Shown here in pieces: positions 1 to 7,051 of a stretch of DNA of 11,742 nucleotides (the stretch's first letter is position 1; every line of letters begins with the position of its first letter). The stretch is from Candidatus Heimdallarchaeota archaeon (GTDB taxonomy: Archaea; Asgardarchaeota; Heimdallarchaeia; Hodarchaeales; Hodarchaeaceae), in the NCBI GenBank assembly GCA_019057635.1, contig DXJL01000040.1, forward strand, positions 1 through 11,742, given 5' to 3'. The notes beneath the pieces were generated by a model, which did not search any database, was not told the DNA's origin, and saw only the letters and a program-made list of their open reading frames with translations. A program made the position numbers and the translations under genes.

Positions 1-1214
1 AAGTATTCAACCAATTCATTGACTGGTAGATCAGAAATACTCACCTTACCTGTTCTTCCAAGCGACTTTCCCTTTTTGTGCCGATTAATTACCTCTAGCT
101 TTATTAATCCGATTTTATGCAATTCTTGCAGATAAACCCAAAATTGTGTCTGTTTTCTAGGACTTACTCCTGTATTCTGACAAGTTTTTTCATATTTTCG
201 CTTAACATCCGCACTCAAAGCATACATTGTATCATTTTGTCGTTTTAGGATACTAGCGATCGAAAATAGAACGATTTTTTGATGCAAGGGAAGATCGGTG
301 ATCAGACTCTGCTTGATGGGGAAACTACTTACTTGAGCTTTCCTAACGTGCTCAAAAAAAATTTCTTTAGAATGTTCACTCTCAGCAACCTTGGCTGCTC
401 TCCATAGGAGTTCAAGTGCATACCGTGCATCTCCAGAACTGTGTGCAATTACAGCAATTTCTTTTAGTATTTCATTTGAGTAGGTAGAAATATTTAACCC
501 TTGTTTTGCTCTAGCAACCAGGATATCGTAAAGCTGTGTTGCATTGTATGGATGAAATATTATCATTCGCTTACTCAGAGAGGAGTAGAGAGTAGAATCA
601 AGATAAGAGTACAGCTGACGACTCCGAGTAATGAGAATTAACGAGAGAGGGGAATTGTTCTCTTGCATAGTTCCTTCATTATTTCTTATCAGCGCATAGA
701 GGATATCTTGGCCTTTTGCATGGGAGAGTAAATAATCAATTTCATCAAGACAGAGGAGGAGCTTTTGATTACGCTCCTTCATGATTGAACACATGAAGGT
801 AAGAAGTTCGGCTGCACTAAATCCGCGCACGGGGAATTCCGGTACTAATTGACGAAGAATTGTGGTGAAAAGAATACTCCAAGATCTCAGTCTACGACAA
901 TTAAGATGAAAAAAAAGAATTTGTGCAATATCTTCCTGGTGTTTTTCACGACAATACTGTTCCAGAGTACTCCCAAATTGCTTGACAATCGTGGTTTTTC
1001 CCAACCCAACAGATCCCTGAATTATAACATGTGTTCCCAGAGCGGCTGGTGTTTTATTTATTATTGGTTTAAAGTGTTGTACAAGAGTTTCAAGCTCAGT
1101 TTCCCTATGTAGAAGACATTCGGGAATAAAAGATGGTTCAAAGACTTCCTCATTTTGAAAAATTTGAGAAGATTGATTTAAACTTTCAAACAATTTATAA
1201 TTTGAGTCAGTCAC
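1..1214 (-). CDS. cdc6: Orc1/Cdc6 family AAA+ ATPase with C-terminal winged helix (Orc1-2/Cdc6-2-like); 3' end lies beyond the left edge of the window
   Basis: Translated by hand on the minus strand from GTG at 1214-1212 (in-frame TAA just upstream, no ATG): MTDSNYKLFESLNQSSQIFQNEEVFEPSFIPECLLHRETELETL..., Walker A GSVGLGKTT, FPVRGFSAAELL, Walker B LLLCLDEID, IFHPY, sensor-2 SGDARYALELLWRA, wH segment PRKQTQFWVYLQEL...KSLGRTGKV. The frame is open for 404 codons down to position 3. Absent from the ORF track because no stop codon falls in the window. Confidence 0.96.
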   Translation of the reverse strand, partial: MTDSNYKLFESLNQSSQIFQNEEVFEPSFIPECLLHRETELETLVQHFKPIINKTPAALGTHVIIQGSVGLGKTTIVKQFGSTLEQYCREKHQEDIAQILFFHLNCRRLRSWSILFTTILRQLVPEFPVRGFSAAELLTFMCSIMKERNQKLLLCLDEIDYLLSHAKGQDILYALIRNNEGTMQENNSPLSLILITRSRQLYSYLDSTLYSSLSKRMIIFHPYNATQLYDILVARAKQGLNISTYSNEILKEIAVIAHSSGDARYALELLWRAAKVAESEHSKEIFFEHVRKAQVSSFPIKQSLITDLPLHQKIVLFSIASILKRQNDTMYALSADVKRKYEKTCQNTGVSPRKQTQFWVYLQELHKIGLIKLEVINRHKKGKSLGRTGKVSISDLPVNELVEY

Positions 1215-1246
1215 TGGAAATTGTTCCCGTAATATTGAAGTAAAGC

Positions 1247-1254
1247 GATATAAA
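1247..1254 (-). promoter_or_regulatory. Probable TATA box of cdc6
   Basis: TTTATATC on the minus strand, 33-40 nt upstream of the GTG start, which suits a short-leader archaeal transcript. Confidence 0.45.
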
Positions 1255-1766
1255 CCGAATAATTACTTTTTTCCTAGAGAGACCTAGATCTTATCACTGA
1301 GGAAGCTGAAAAATTGGGACTTAATATACCTCCTAAGTGTTCTATCAAATTCAGCTTGTCTATTTTCCTTAATAAAACATCAGAAACTACTTTAAACAGA
1401 TTTCTAGTAGTGTATAAGAAATGTGATTAGATAAAAGGCAGGCTTTTACAATATCTCGTCATAAAAAAGCATTTTATTACCAGAAATTCTCTGATACTAG
1501 AGAAAAATCTCATAATAAGAATATACGTGTCAAAAAGGCGTTATCTTGAGGTATAAACCTCACTCACAGAGGTGGGTGAATATGACCATCCAACATTTCG
1601 AGGCTGTAATCTACTTCAATCAATTAAGTTAGGAGATCATGAATTTTATAATACTAGTCCTACTAAATTATCATTTGATATAGCCAATCGTTGGTTTTAG
1701 GAATACAAACATACTTAAGAGGCTAAAAGATATTTTCTCCTTAATTCTGTATAGGAGATAATTTTT

Positions 1767-2468
1767 ATGGCAGAGGTTACAAAAAAGAATAAAACAAAAG
1801 CTAAAAAAGTAAAAGAGTATTTAATCGTTCGATCTTATCCTGAAACTCTCTTTTTCTATCCATCAATGATTGTAGGAATAATAATTTTCTTCATTCAATT
1901 TCTTGCAGGTGAGTCACTTACTACTGCTGTACAAAGTCAATGGGGAACATTTTTCTTCGCAGTCTTTGCTTTTAACTTCCTTATTGTTGCTTTCGACTTC
2001 GGTATTGGGAAAACAGCTCTTATTGCGGCAGGTTTCATTATATTGATCCTTGTTGTAGTTTTATTTCAGGAACAAATTGCGGTTTTGTTAAGCCTTGATC
2101 TGACACCCCCAGATATCACTATGTCAACTGGATTTTACCTATTCTTCGATTTACTGATGATTGCGCACTTCATAATGGTGTATATATATTCAAGGATAGA
2201 TTATTGGCTGATTTCTCCAACCGAGATTTATCATCATCGTGGTATACTTGGAGATGAACGACGATTTGGAAATGCTCAACATGCCCACATAGAAAAAACG
2301 ACTCCAGACATTTTCGAGAAAATGCTGTTCCTAAGTGGTGATTTATTTATTAAGCCAGAAACTGATCCTCATATCTATCGGGTAGCTAATGTATTCCGTG
2401 TTAACAAAAAGGAAAAAGAAATTCGTGGAATATTATCCTATGTTCCAGACAAACGTCTAGATATATAA
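1767..2468 (+). CDS. Integral membrane protein (~4 TM helices) with a C-terminal bacterial-type PH-like domain
   Basis: Four hydrophobic segments between about aa 28 and 142. The soluble tail YWLISPTEIYHHRGILG...IEKTTPDIFEKMLFLSGDLFI follows the YdbS/bPH_2 pattern (Y-x-I-T..., G-I-L, L-F-x-x-G-D-L-x-I). SD-like AGGAG at 1753-1757. Confidence 0.7.
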   Translation: MAEVTKKNKTKAKKVKEYLIVRSYPETLFFYPSMIVGIIIFFIQFLAGESLTTAVQSQWGTFFFAVFAFNFLIVAFDFGIGKTALIAAGFIILILVVVLFQEQIAVLLSLDLTPPDITMSTGFYLFFDLLMIAHFIMVYIYSRIDYWLISPTEIYHHRGILGDERRFGNAQHAHIEKTTPDIFEKMLFLSGDLFIKPETDPHIYRVANVFRVNKKEKEIRGILSYVPDKRLDI

Positions 2469-2500
2469 TTAAAACCCCTTTTTTCCCCCTTTTTTTCTTT
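2469..2500 (+). terminator. Oligo-T/pyrimidine-tract terminator between convergent genes
   Basis: CCCCTTTTTTCCCCCTTTTTTTCTTT immediately after the stop codon at 2468; archaeal terminators are typically T-rich tracts. Confidence 0.55.
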
Positions 2501-3727
2501 TTATGACTCCTTTTCTGGTATATTCATTTTTATTATGGTCCCATCGGGAATGACTTGATCTGCATCAATAATAACATAGGGTTTTATGACGGAATTGGAG
2601 CCTATCACAGAGTTTGGCCCAATAATGGCACCCAATTTGTGATATTTTCTACCCTTAATTTCTTGAGTAGATTTTTGCAATTCATCATCCCGTAAGACGT
2701 TCATAGTCGTCACACCAGAGCCGATAATGACATTTTCTCCTATCACACTGTCCCCTACAAATGATAATCGTCCAATCTTCACGTTAGATTGAATTACAGT
2801 ATTTTTCACTTCAACAGAATATCCAATATTAGAGTTCCTACCAATACAACTGAAATTTCGTACGAGACTATTAGTGCCAATATACACGTTTTTCCCAATG
2901 AAACACGGCCCAACGATTTCTGCATTGTGATCAATGGTTACACCCTCTTCGATAAGGACTAACCCTGAAATGTGAGCCGAAGGAGAAATTTTAGCTGACT
3001 TATGAATACGAGCATAATCCAATCCTTTGAATATGTCCTGATTTGCGGCAAGTAAATCCCATCCATAGCCTACATCAATCCATTCATCCTGCCAGACAGA
3101 AGCACAAATACGTCTTTGTTCTTTCAACACACGAGCAAGTGCTTTGGTTAATTTCTCTTCTTCGCTTAATATTTCGAAAAATTCTCCAGGTAGAATAGAT
3201 ACTCCCGCAAAAATGTAATTAGTATCATTATCACCTGTAGAAAGATCAGGAGATATCGTTTTAATGAATCCTCGATCATCAATGTTTGCGATCCCAAATT
3301 CTTGTGACTTACCTATGAGTGTGACAGATATTGCCCCATCAGCCGCTGTATTAATGTAAGAATTGAGTAAATGATGATAAAACTTGGGAGGAGCGACAAT
3401 ATCTCCATATGCCAAAAGAAAAGGTTTATCTTTATCAAAATGAGTGGCCGCAGACAGAATCGCACCCTCGATTCCTTTTGAATTTCCTTGGTTAACAGTT
3501 TGGATATTGACTCCTCGGGAACGATAAGCTTCAATTAGAACGTGCAGTTGTTCTCCTTGGTGCCCAGTAACTACAATGAATTCTTCCACCCCAGTTTCAA
3601 TTAGTCCATCTAAGACATACTCTATCACATGTTTACCATGAATTAGAAGCATGGTTTTAGGGCAATACTTCGAAAGGGGTAACATTTCCTTTCCACTACC
3701 ACCAGTAAGCACTAATGCCTTCATCAT
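2501..3727 (-). CDS. Archaeal GlmU-like sugar-phosphate nucleotidyltransferase with left-handed beta-helix domain; catalytic motifs degenerate
   Basis: N-terminal ALVLTGGSGKEMLPL...PK, YGD and WIDVGYGWDLLAAN motifs. Hexapeptide repeats (GVTIDHNAEIVGPCFIGKNVYIG, VEVKNTVI, GDSVIGENVIIGSG) and KLGAIIG, typical of archaeal GlmU-type proteins. Confidence 0.88.
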   Translation of the reverse strand: MMKALVLTGGSGKEMLPLSKYCPKTMLLIHGKHVIEYVLDGLIETGVEEFIVVTGHQGEQLHVLIEAYRSRGVNIQTVNQGNSKGIEGAILSAATHFDKDKPFLLAYGDIVAPPKFYHHLLNSYINTAADGAISVTLIGKSQEFGIANIDDRGFIKTISPDLSTGDNDTNYIFAGVSILPGEFFEILSEEEKLTKALARVLKEQRRICASVWQDEWIDVGYGWDLLAANQDIFKGLDYARIHKSAKISPSAHISGLVLIEEGVTIDHNAEIVGPCFIGKNVYIGTNSLVRNFSCIGRNSNIGYSVEVKNTVIQSNVKIGRLSFVGDSVIGENVIIGSGVTTMNVLRDDELQKSTQEIKGRKYHKLGAIIGPNSVIGSNSVIKPYVIIDADQVIPDGTIIKMNIPEKES

Positions 3728-3750
3728 TTAATTTCACAAATCCTTCACAA

Positions 3751-3770
3751 ATTTATAGTCAATTTTTTTC
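3751..3770 (-). promoter_or_regulatory. Probable BRE/TATA promoter of the glmU-like gene
   Basis: On the minus strand an A-run is followed by TTGACTATAAAT. TATAAA at 3757-3752 lies 25-30 nt upstream of the ATG at 3727. Confidence 0.45.
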
Positions 3771-4000
3771 TTTTCCAAGCATAAACTCTGACATTTCAGG
3801 AGTAAATACTTATTCATTTTGAGTGGGAACAGTTCGTTGAATTTAACTAGTATTCCAAATCACTAGGAGCGATGATGTCTTTTACATTTAGATAAATAAT
3901 TGGTAAATTAATGTAGTTCCGATTATTAATTAAGATTGTTCTTTTTAAACTCTTCTCCATCTTCCTCTTTGACTAAAATAATTAGATGTGGAAGCAATAA

Positions 4001-5650
4001 ATGAGTGGCCATCCAAAACCAATAATGTTACACTGGGTAGACAAGCTAACAGAAGATTTAATTGCTCATTGGCCAGATAAAAAAGAATTTCACTGCAATT
4101 GTGGTATTTCAGTCTCTGGAAGACAGCATGTCGGACGGTTACGAGGGGAAATCGTACTCACGAATGCGGTTGTGGAAGAGTTGAATCGCAAAGGAGTTTC
4201 TGCGACACATTTTTTGATTTTATATACATCTGATCCGTGGAAAGGAAAAGAAGCGCAATTAAACGCATTTTCAGATCCAAAAGATGCAGAAAAATATATC
4301 AATTGGCGATTAGTAGATGTTCCTGATCCCACAGGTGAACATTCTTCGTGGATTGACTATTACTGGAAAGATTTTGGTAACCCATTACCTAAATTCGGTA
4401 AAGACATTAATATCATCCGAACACATGAATTCTATCAAACAGAAGAAATGAAAAAGACTATTGTTGCGTTAATTCAACAGAAAGAAAAAGTACGAGGAAT
4501 TCTTAACAAATATCGAGCAGAAAATCCTTTTCCTAAAAACTGGATTCCTTTTAATCCAATATGTGATAATTGCCACCGAATAGGCACGACTAAAGCATTA
4601 GAGGTTGATTTGAAAACCTTCAAAGTTCGTTATTCGTGTTCTGAATGTGAAGATGAAGGATGGTCGGATATGAAATTAGGCAAACTAACATGGCGATTGG
4701 AATGGCTAGCCATATGGTACACTCTGAATATCCATTTTGAACCATATGGAAAGGATCATGCAACACCAGGTGGGTCACGAGATAGTTGTATTGAAGTATT
4801 AGAAACCGTTCTTGAACATCCTGGCCCTTATGGATTTTGGAACGAATGGGTAGGATATTCGGAAGGAAGAACTGACTTTGGTGATATGACGAGTTCAGGA
4901 TTCATAGGGTTTACCCCAACTACATGGTTACAATATGCAGAATCGCATGTATTGCGGTATTTATACTTGAAACCCCCTCCAAAACGTAGAATAGTCCTAG
5001 GATTGGATAAGTTACCATCTTACATTGCAGAATATGATAAAGCTCAACGAATTTATCATAATATTGAACCGTTTGATGATCCTTCAGAACTACAAACAAT
5101 TCTGCGAAGCTATGAGATTACTCACTTCAATAAGGTTCCAGAGTATATTGGTTTTCAGTTGGATTATAATCAAGCTATTATTTTAGGGCAACTTGTCGAA
5201 GAAGGGGAAAAGGGAACTGAGAAAGCGATTAATAAACTGATTGCTACAGGTATATTAGAAACTAAACCATCACCAGAAGTAAGAGCTCACATTCACTCCC
5301 GTTTAAATCTTGCTCGAAATTGGATAAAAGACTGTGCTCCTCCCCACCTTCAAATAAATATCCCAAACAAAATACCTAAGGAAATAGTAAAGAGTATTGA
5401 TCCTGAAACGCGAAAAATTGTCTTAGCATTAGCTAAAACGTTGAAAACAACTTCTTGGACTCAAGAAGAAATAAAAAAGTGTATGATAGAGTTAAAGACT
5501 AAATTCAACCTATCACGCAAACAAATGGCTACATTTTTCGGAATTTTGTATCAGATATTTTTGGGTACCTCCCGAGGGCCAAGATTTGCTCCTTTTATTG
5601 CCGCTTTAGAGCAGGAATGGGTCATTGGTCGTCTAACACAGATAAAATAA
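4001..5650 (+). CDS. lysS: Lysine--tRNA ligase, class I (archaeal type)
   Basis: N-terminal HW, HIGH-like SGRQHVGRLRGE, Zn knuckles CDNC and CSEC, GKLTWRLEW, EPYGKDH, GGS, KMSKS-equivalent DMTSS, and the C-terminal anticodon-domain motif FFGILYQIFLGTSRGPRF. Confidence 0.97.
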   Translation: MSGHPKPIMLHWVDKLTEDLIAHWPDKKEFHCNCGISVSGRQHVGRLRGEIVLTNAVVEELNRKGVSATHFLILYTSDPWKGKEAQLNAFSDPKDAEKYINWRLVDVPDPTGEHSSWIDYYWKDFGNPLPKFGKDINIIRTHEFYQTEEMKKTIVALIQQKEKVRGILNKYRAENPFPKNWIPFNPICDNCHRIGTTKALEVDLKTFKVRYSCSECEDEGWSDMKLGKLTWRLEWLAIWYTLNIHFEPYGKDHATPGGSRDSCIEVLETVLEHPGPYGFWNEWVGYSEGRTDFGDMTSSGFIGFTPTTWLQYAESHVLRYLYLKPPPKRRIVLGLDKLPSYIAEYDKAQRIYHNIEPFDDPSELQTILRSYEITHFNKVPEYIGFQLDYNQAIILGQLVEEGEKGTEKAINKLIATGILETKPSPEVRAHIHSRLNLARNWIKDCAPPHLQINIPNKIPKEIVKSIDPETRKIVLALAKTLKTTSWTQEEIKKCMIELKTKFNLSRKQMATFFGILYQIFLGTSRGPRFAPFIAALEQEWVIGRLTQIK

Positions 5651-5670
5651 TAATCAAAAGAGGCTAATAC

Positions 5671-6210
5671 ATGACTGAAGATAACCAAGTTGACATGTCC
5701 AAGTATCAGTTAACCTATCAACCGATAAATGTGCTAAATGTAATCATAGCTCTTCTCATTCCCGCGGTTGTGGGATATTTCACAGTACTTCTCATAACGA
5801 GTGTTTTTACATTTATATCCAGGGGGTTATGGTCGATACCTGTGGTTTGGCCAGGAATATTATACTATGGAGGACTAATAGGAGGAATACTCGGAGGAAT
5901 CATAGCTATAGTTGAAGTAGCATTATTTCACCATAAAAACCGTCAAATATCATCTGGAAAAATAATACCTTCTGATCTATATTACATTGGTGTCTTAGCA
6001 TTATTCACCTATGTGCTAGAATTCTTTTCAGAAAGCTTATTACTACAAGTAGTACTTTTTATTTTGGAACTAGGGTTTTTTCTGGTTCTAGGCTGGAACA
6101 TAAGTAAATTATCTCTGGAATCACGTATTAGCGTGAATAAAGAAAACAAGTTTACGACTGGCATAATTCCAGCGAATAAAGCTTTAACGGAGAATACAGA
6201 AACAGAATAA
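5671..6210 (+). CDS. Hypothetical polytopic membrane protein (~4 TM), probably co-transcribed with lysS
   Basis: 179-aa ORF 20 nt after the lysS stop, with GAGG upstream. It has long hydrophobic stretches and a glycine-rich helix (GGLIGGILGGIIA). No family recognised. Confidence 0.75.
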   Translation: MTEDNQVDMSKYQLTYQPINVLNVIIALLIPAVVGYFTVLLITSVFTFISRGLWSIPVVWPGILYYGGLIGGILGGIIAIVEVALFHHKNRQISSGKIIPSDLYYIGVLALFTYVLEFFSESLLLQVVLFILELGFFLVLGWNISKLSLESRISVNKENKFTTGIIPANKALTENTETE

Positions 6211-6260
6211 CCACATTCTAAAGAAAAAAAGTAGATAAGGAAACGGTGAAGACAACGAAA

Positions 6261-6272
6261 GGTTTTTTTTCT
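6261..6272 (+). terminator. Oligo-T terminator candidate for the lysS operon
   Basis: Run of 8 T at 6263-6270, about 50 nt after the stop codon at 6210. Confidence 0.4.
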
Positions 6273-6335
6273 AGAAGTACCATTGAATGTAGATTGAATT
6301 ACAGAATTTCAAAGAGGAGAGTTCTTTGATTTTCC

Positions 6336-6343
6336 TTTATATT
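6336..6343 (+). promoter_or_regulatory. Probable TATA box for the 6372 ORF
   Basis: TTTATATT about 30 nt upstream of ATG 6372, consistent with a leaderless or short-leader mRNA. Confidence 0.4.
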
Positions 6344-6371
6344 ACGTAGATGAAGAATGGTTTGAACCTTT

Positions 6372-6776
6372 ATGCAATTTAGAACATTTGGTTGGATCGC
6401 ACGGCAAAATCCACACATTCGCTTAACCGAAAATGAAATTATTGACGATAGACGGTTTATTTTTAGTGGCCTTAAAGGAAAATCGGTTGAAACACTCGTT
6501 AAAGAACGAAAAGACTGGTTTAAGAAAGGGGAGCTGTGGCCGACGTTAATTTTGGTTGAAAAAGCATGGGATGAGGAAACAGGTGCACGGACAGAGCACT
6601 CGTTTGTTCGCATTTTCCGCCATGAAGACGGAGCCATATTGGATATTCTTGTAGCTTTAAGCATGGATACCGCTACACTTCTTGCCCATGACTTTAAAGT
6701 GCCATTATTTAGTGTAACCTGTTCACGAAAAGGAACTCGGGGAACTGCTCAACGTATTCATATGGATATCTTATAA
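6372..6776 (+). CDS. Hypothetical soluble protein (134 aa)
   Basis: Globular-looking composition with alternating strand-like and helix-like segments, a TATA box at the right spacing, and a stop 29 nt before the convergent operon. More plausible than the overlapping antisense ORF 6299..6664. Confidence 0.65.
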   Translation: MQFRTFGWIARQNPHIRLTENEIIDDRRFIFSGLKGKSVETLVKERKDWFKKGELWPTLILVEKAWDEETGARTEHSFVRIFRHEDGAILDILVALSMDTATLLAHDFKVPLFSVTCSRKGTRGTAQRIHMDIL

Positions 6777-6805
6777 ATCCAATTCATCCAGTGAATCTCG
6801 GTAGC

Positions 6806-7051
6806 TTATTCTTCACGCAATAATGTAGTATATTTTGTAACGGTATTGATCGAACGGACAAACCCCTCAGCATCAATGAAGAGAATACGTACATGGGAGG
6901 GATCCGCATCGATTCCGTGTGTATCCACAAAGATGTCTAGACCTGTGAGATCAGGTTGTAATTCAGAGGCAGGTACAGACAAAGCAAATGTCTTATTACA
7001 TACAGTACAGGGTTCTGTTCGAAGACGTAGATTATCTGACATAGATTTCAT
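6806..7051 (-). CDS. Small putative Zn-binding protein (CxxC...H-x7-H...IDxxGxVR), Asgard-type; last gene of the receptor operon
   Basis: C15-x2-C18, H45 and H53, followed by ILFIDAEGFVRS. The start overlaps the upstream stop (ATGA, 7048-7051); an alternative start exists at 7042. Confidence 0.8.
   Translation of the reverse strand: MKSMSDNLRLRTEPCTVCNKTFALSVPASELQPDLTGLDIFVDTHGIDADPSHVRILFIDAEGFVRSINTVTKYTTLLREE

Noticed and set aside
849-1112. 87-aa + strand ORF from the track
   Set aside because: Antisense shadow lying inside the well-supported cdc6 gene.
1669-1694. Short palindromes TATCA-TT-TGATA and CCAA-TCG-TTGG
   Set aside because: Arms of 4-5 bp are expected by chance in AT-rich DNA, and no second full copy was found.
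1215-1766. Canonical replication origin (oriC) next to cdc6
   Set aside because: The region is long and AT-rich, but I see no repeated full ORBs with G-strings flanking an unwinding element, and the Cdc6 looks Orc1-2-like. An origin is not excluded but cannot be supported.
3313-3534. 73-aa minus-strand ORF
   Set aside because: Alternate frame nested within the glmU-like gene, with no recognisable features.
4090-4332. 80-aa minus-strand ORF
   Set aside because: Antisense shadow of lysS.
6298-6426. Protein-looking + frame ITEFQRGEFFDFPLYYVDEEWFEPL... overlapping the 6372 ORF (possible frameshifted N-terminus)
   Set aside because: It is preceded directly by TGA with no start codon, has no obvious slippery site, and contains the likely TATA box for ATG 6372.
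6299-6664. 121-aa minus-strand ORF
   Set aside because: Ser/Arg-rich composition typical of an antisense frame. It overlaps the more protein-like + ORF at 6372, which has a TATA box.
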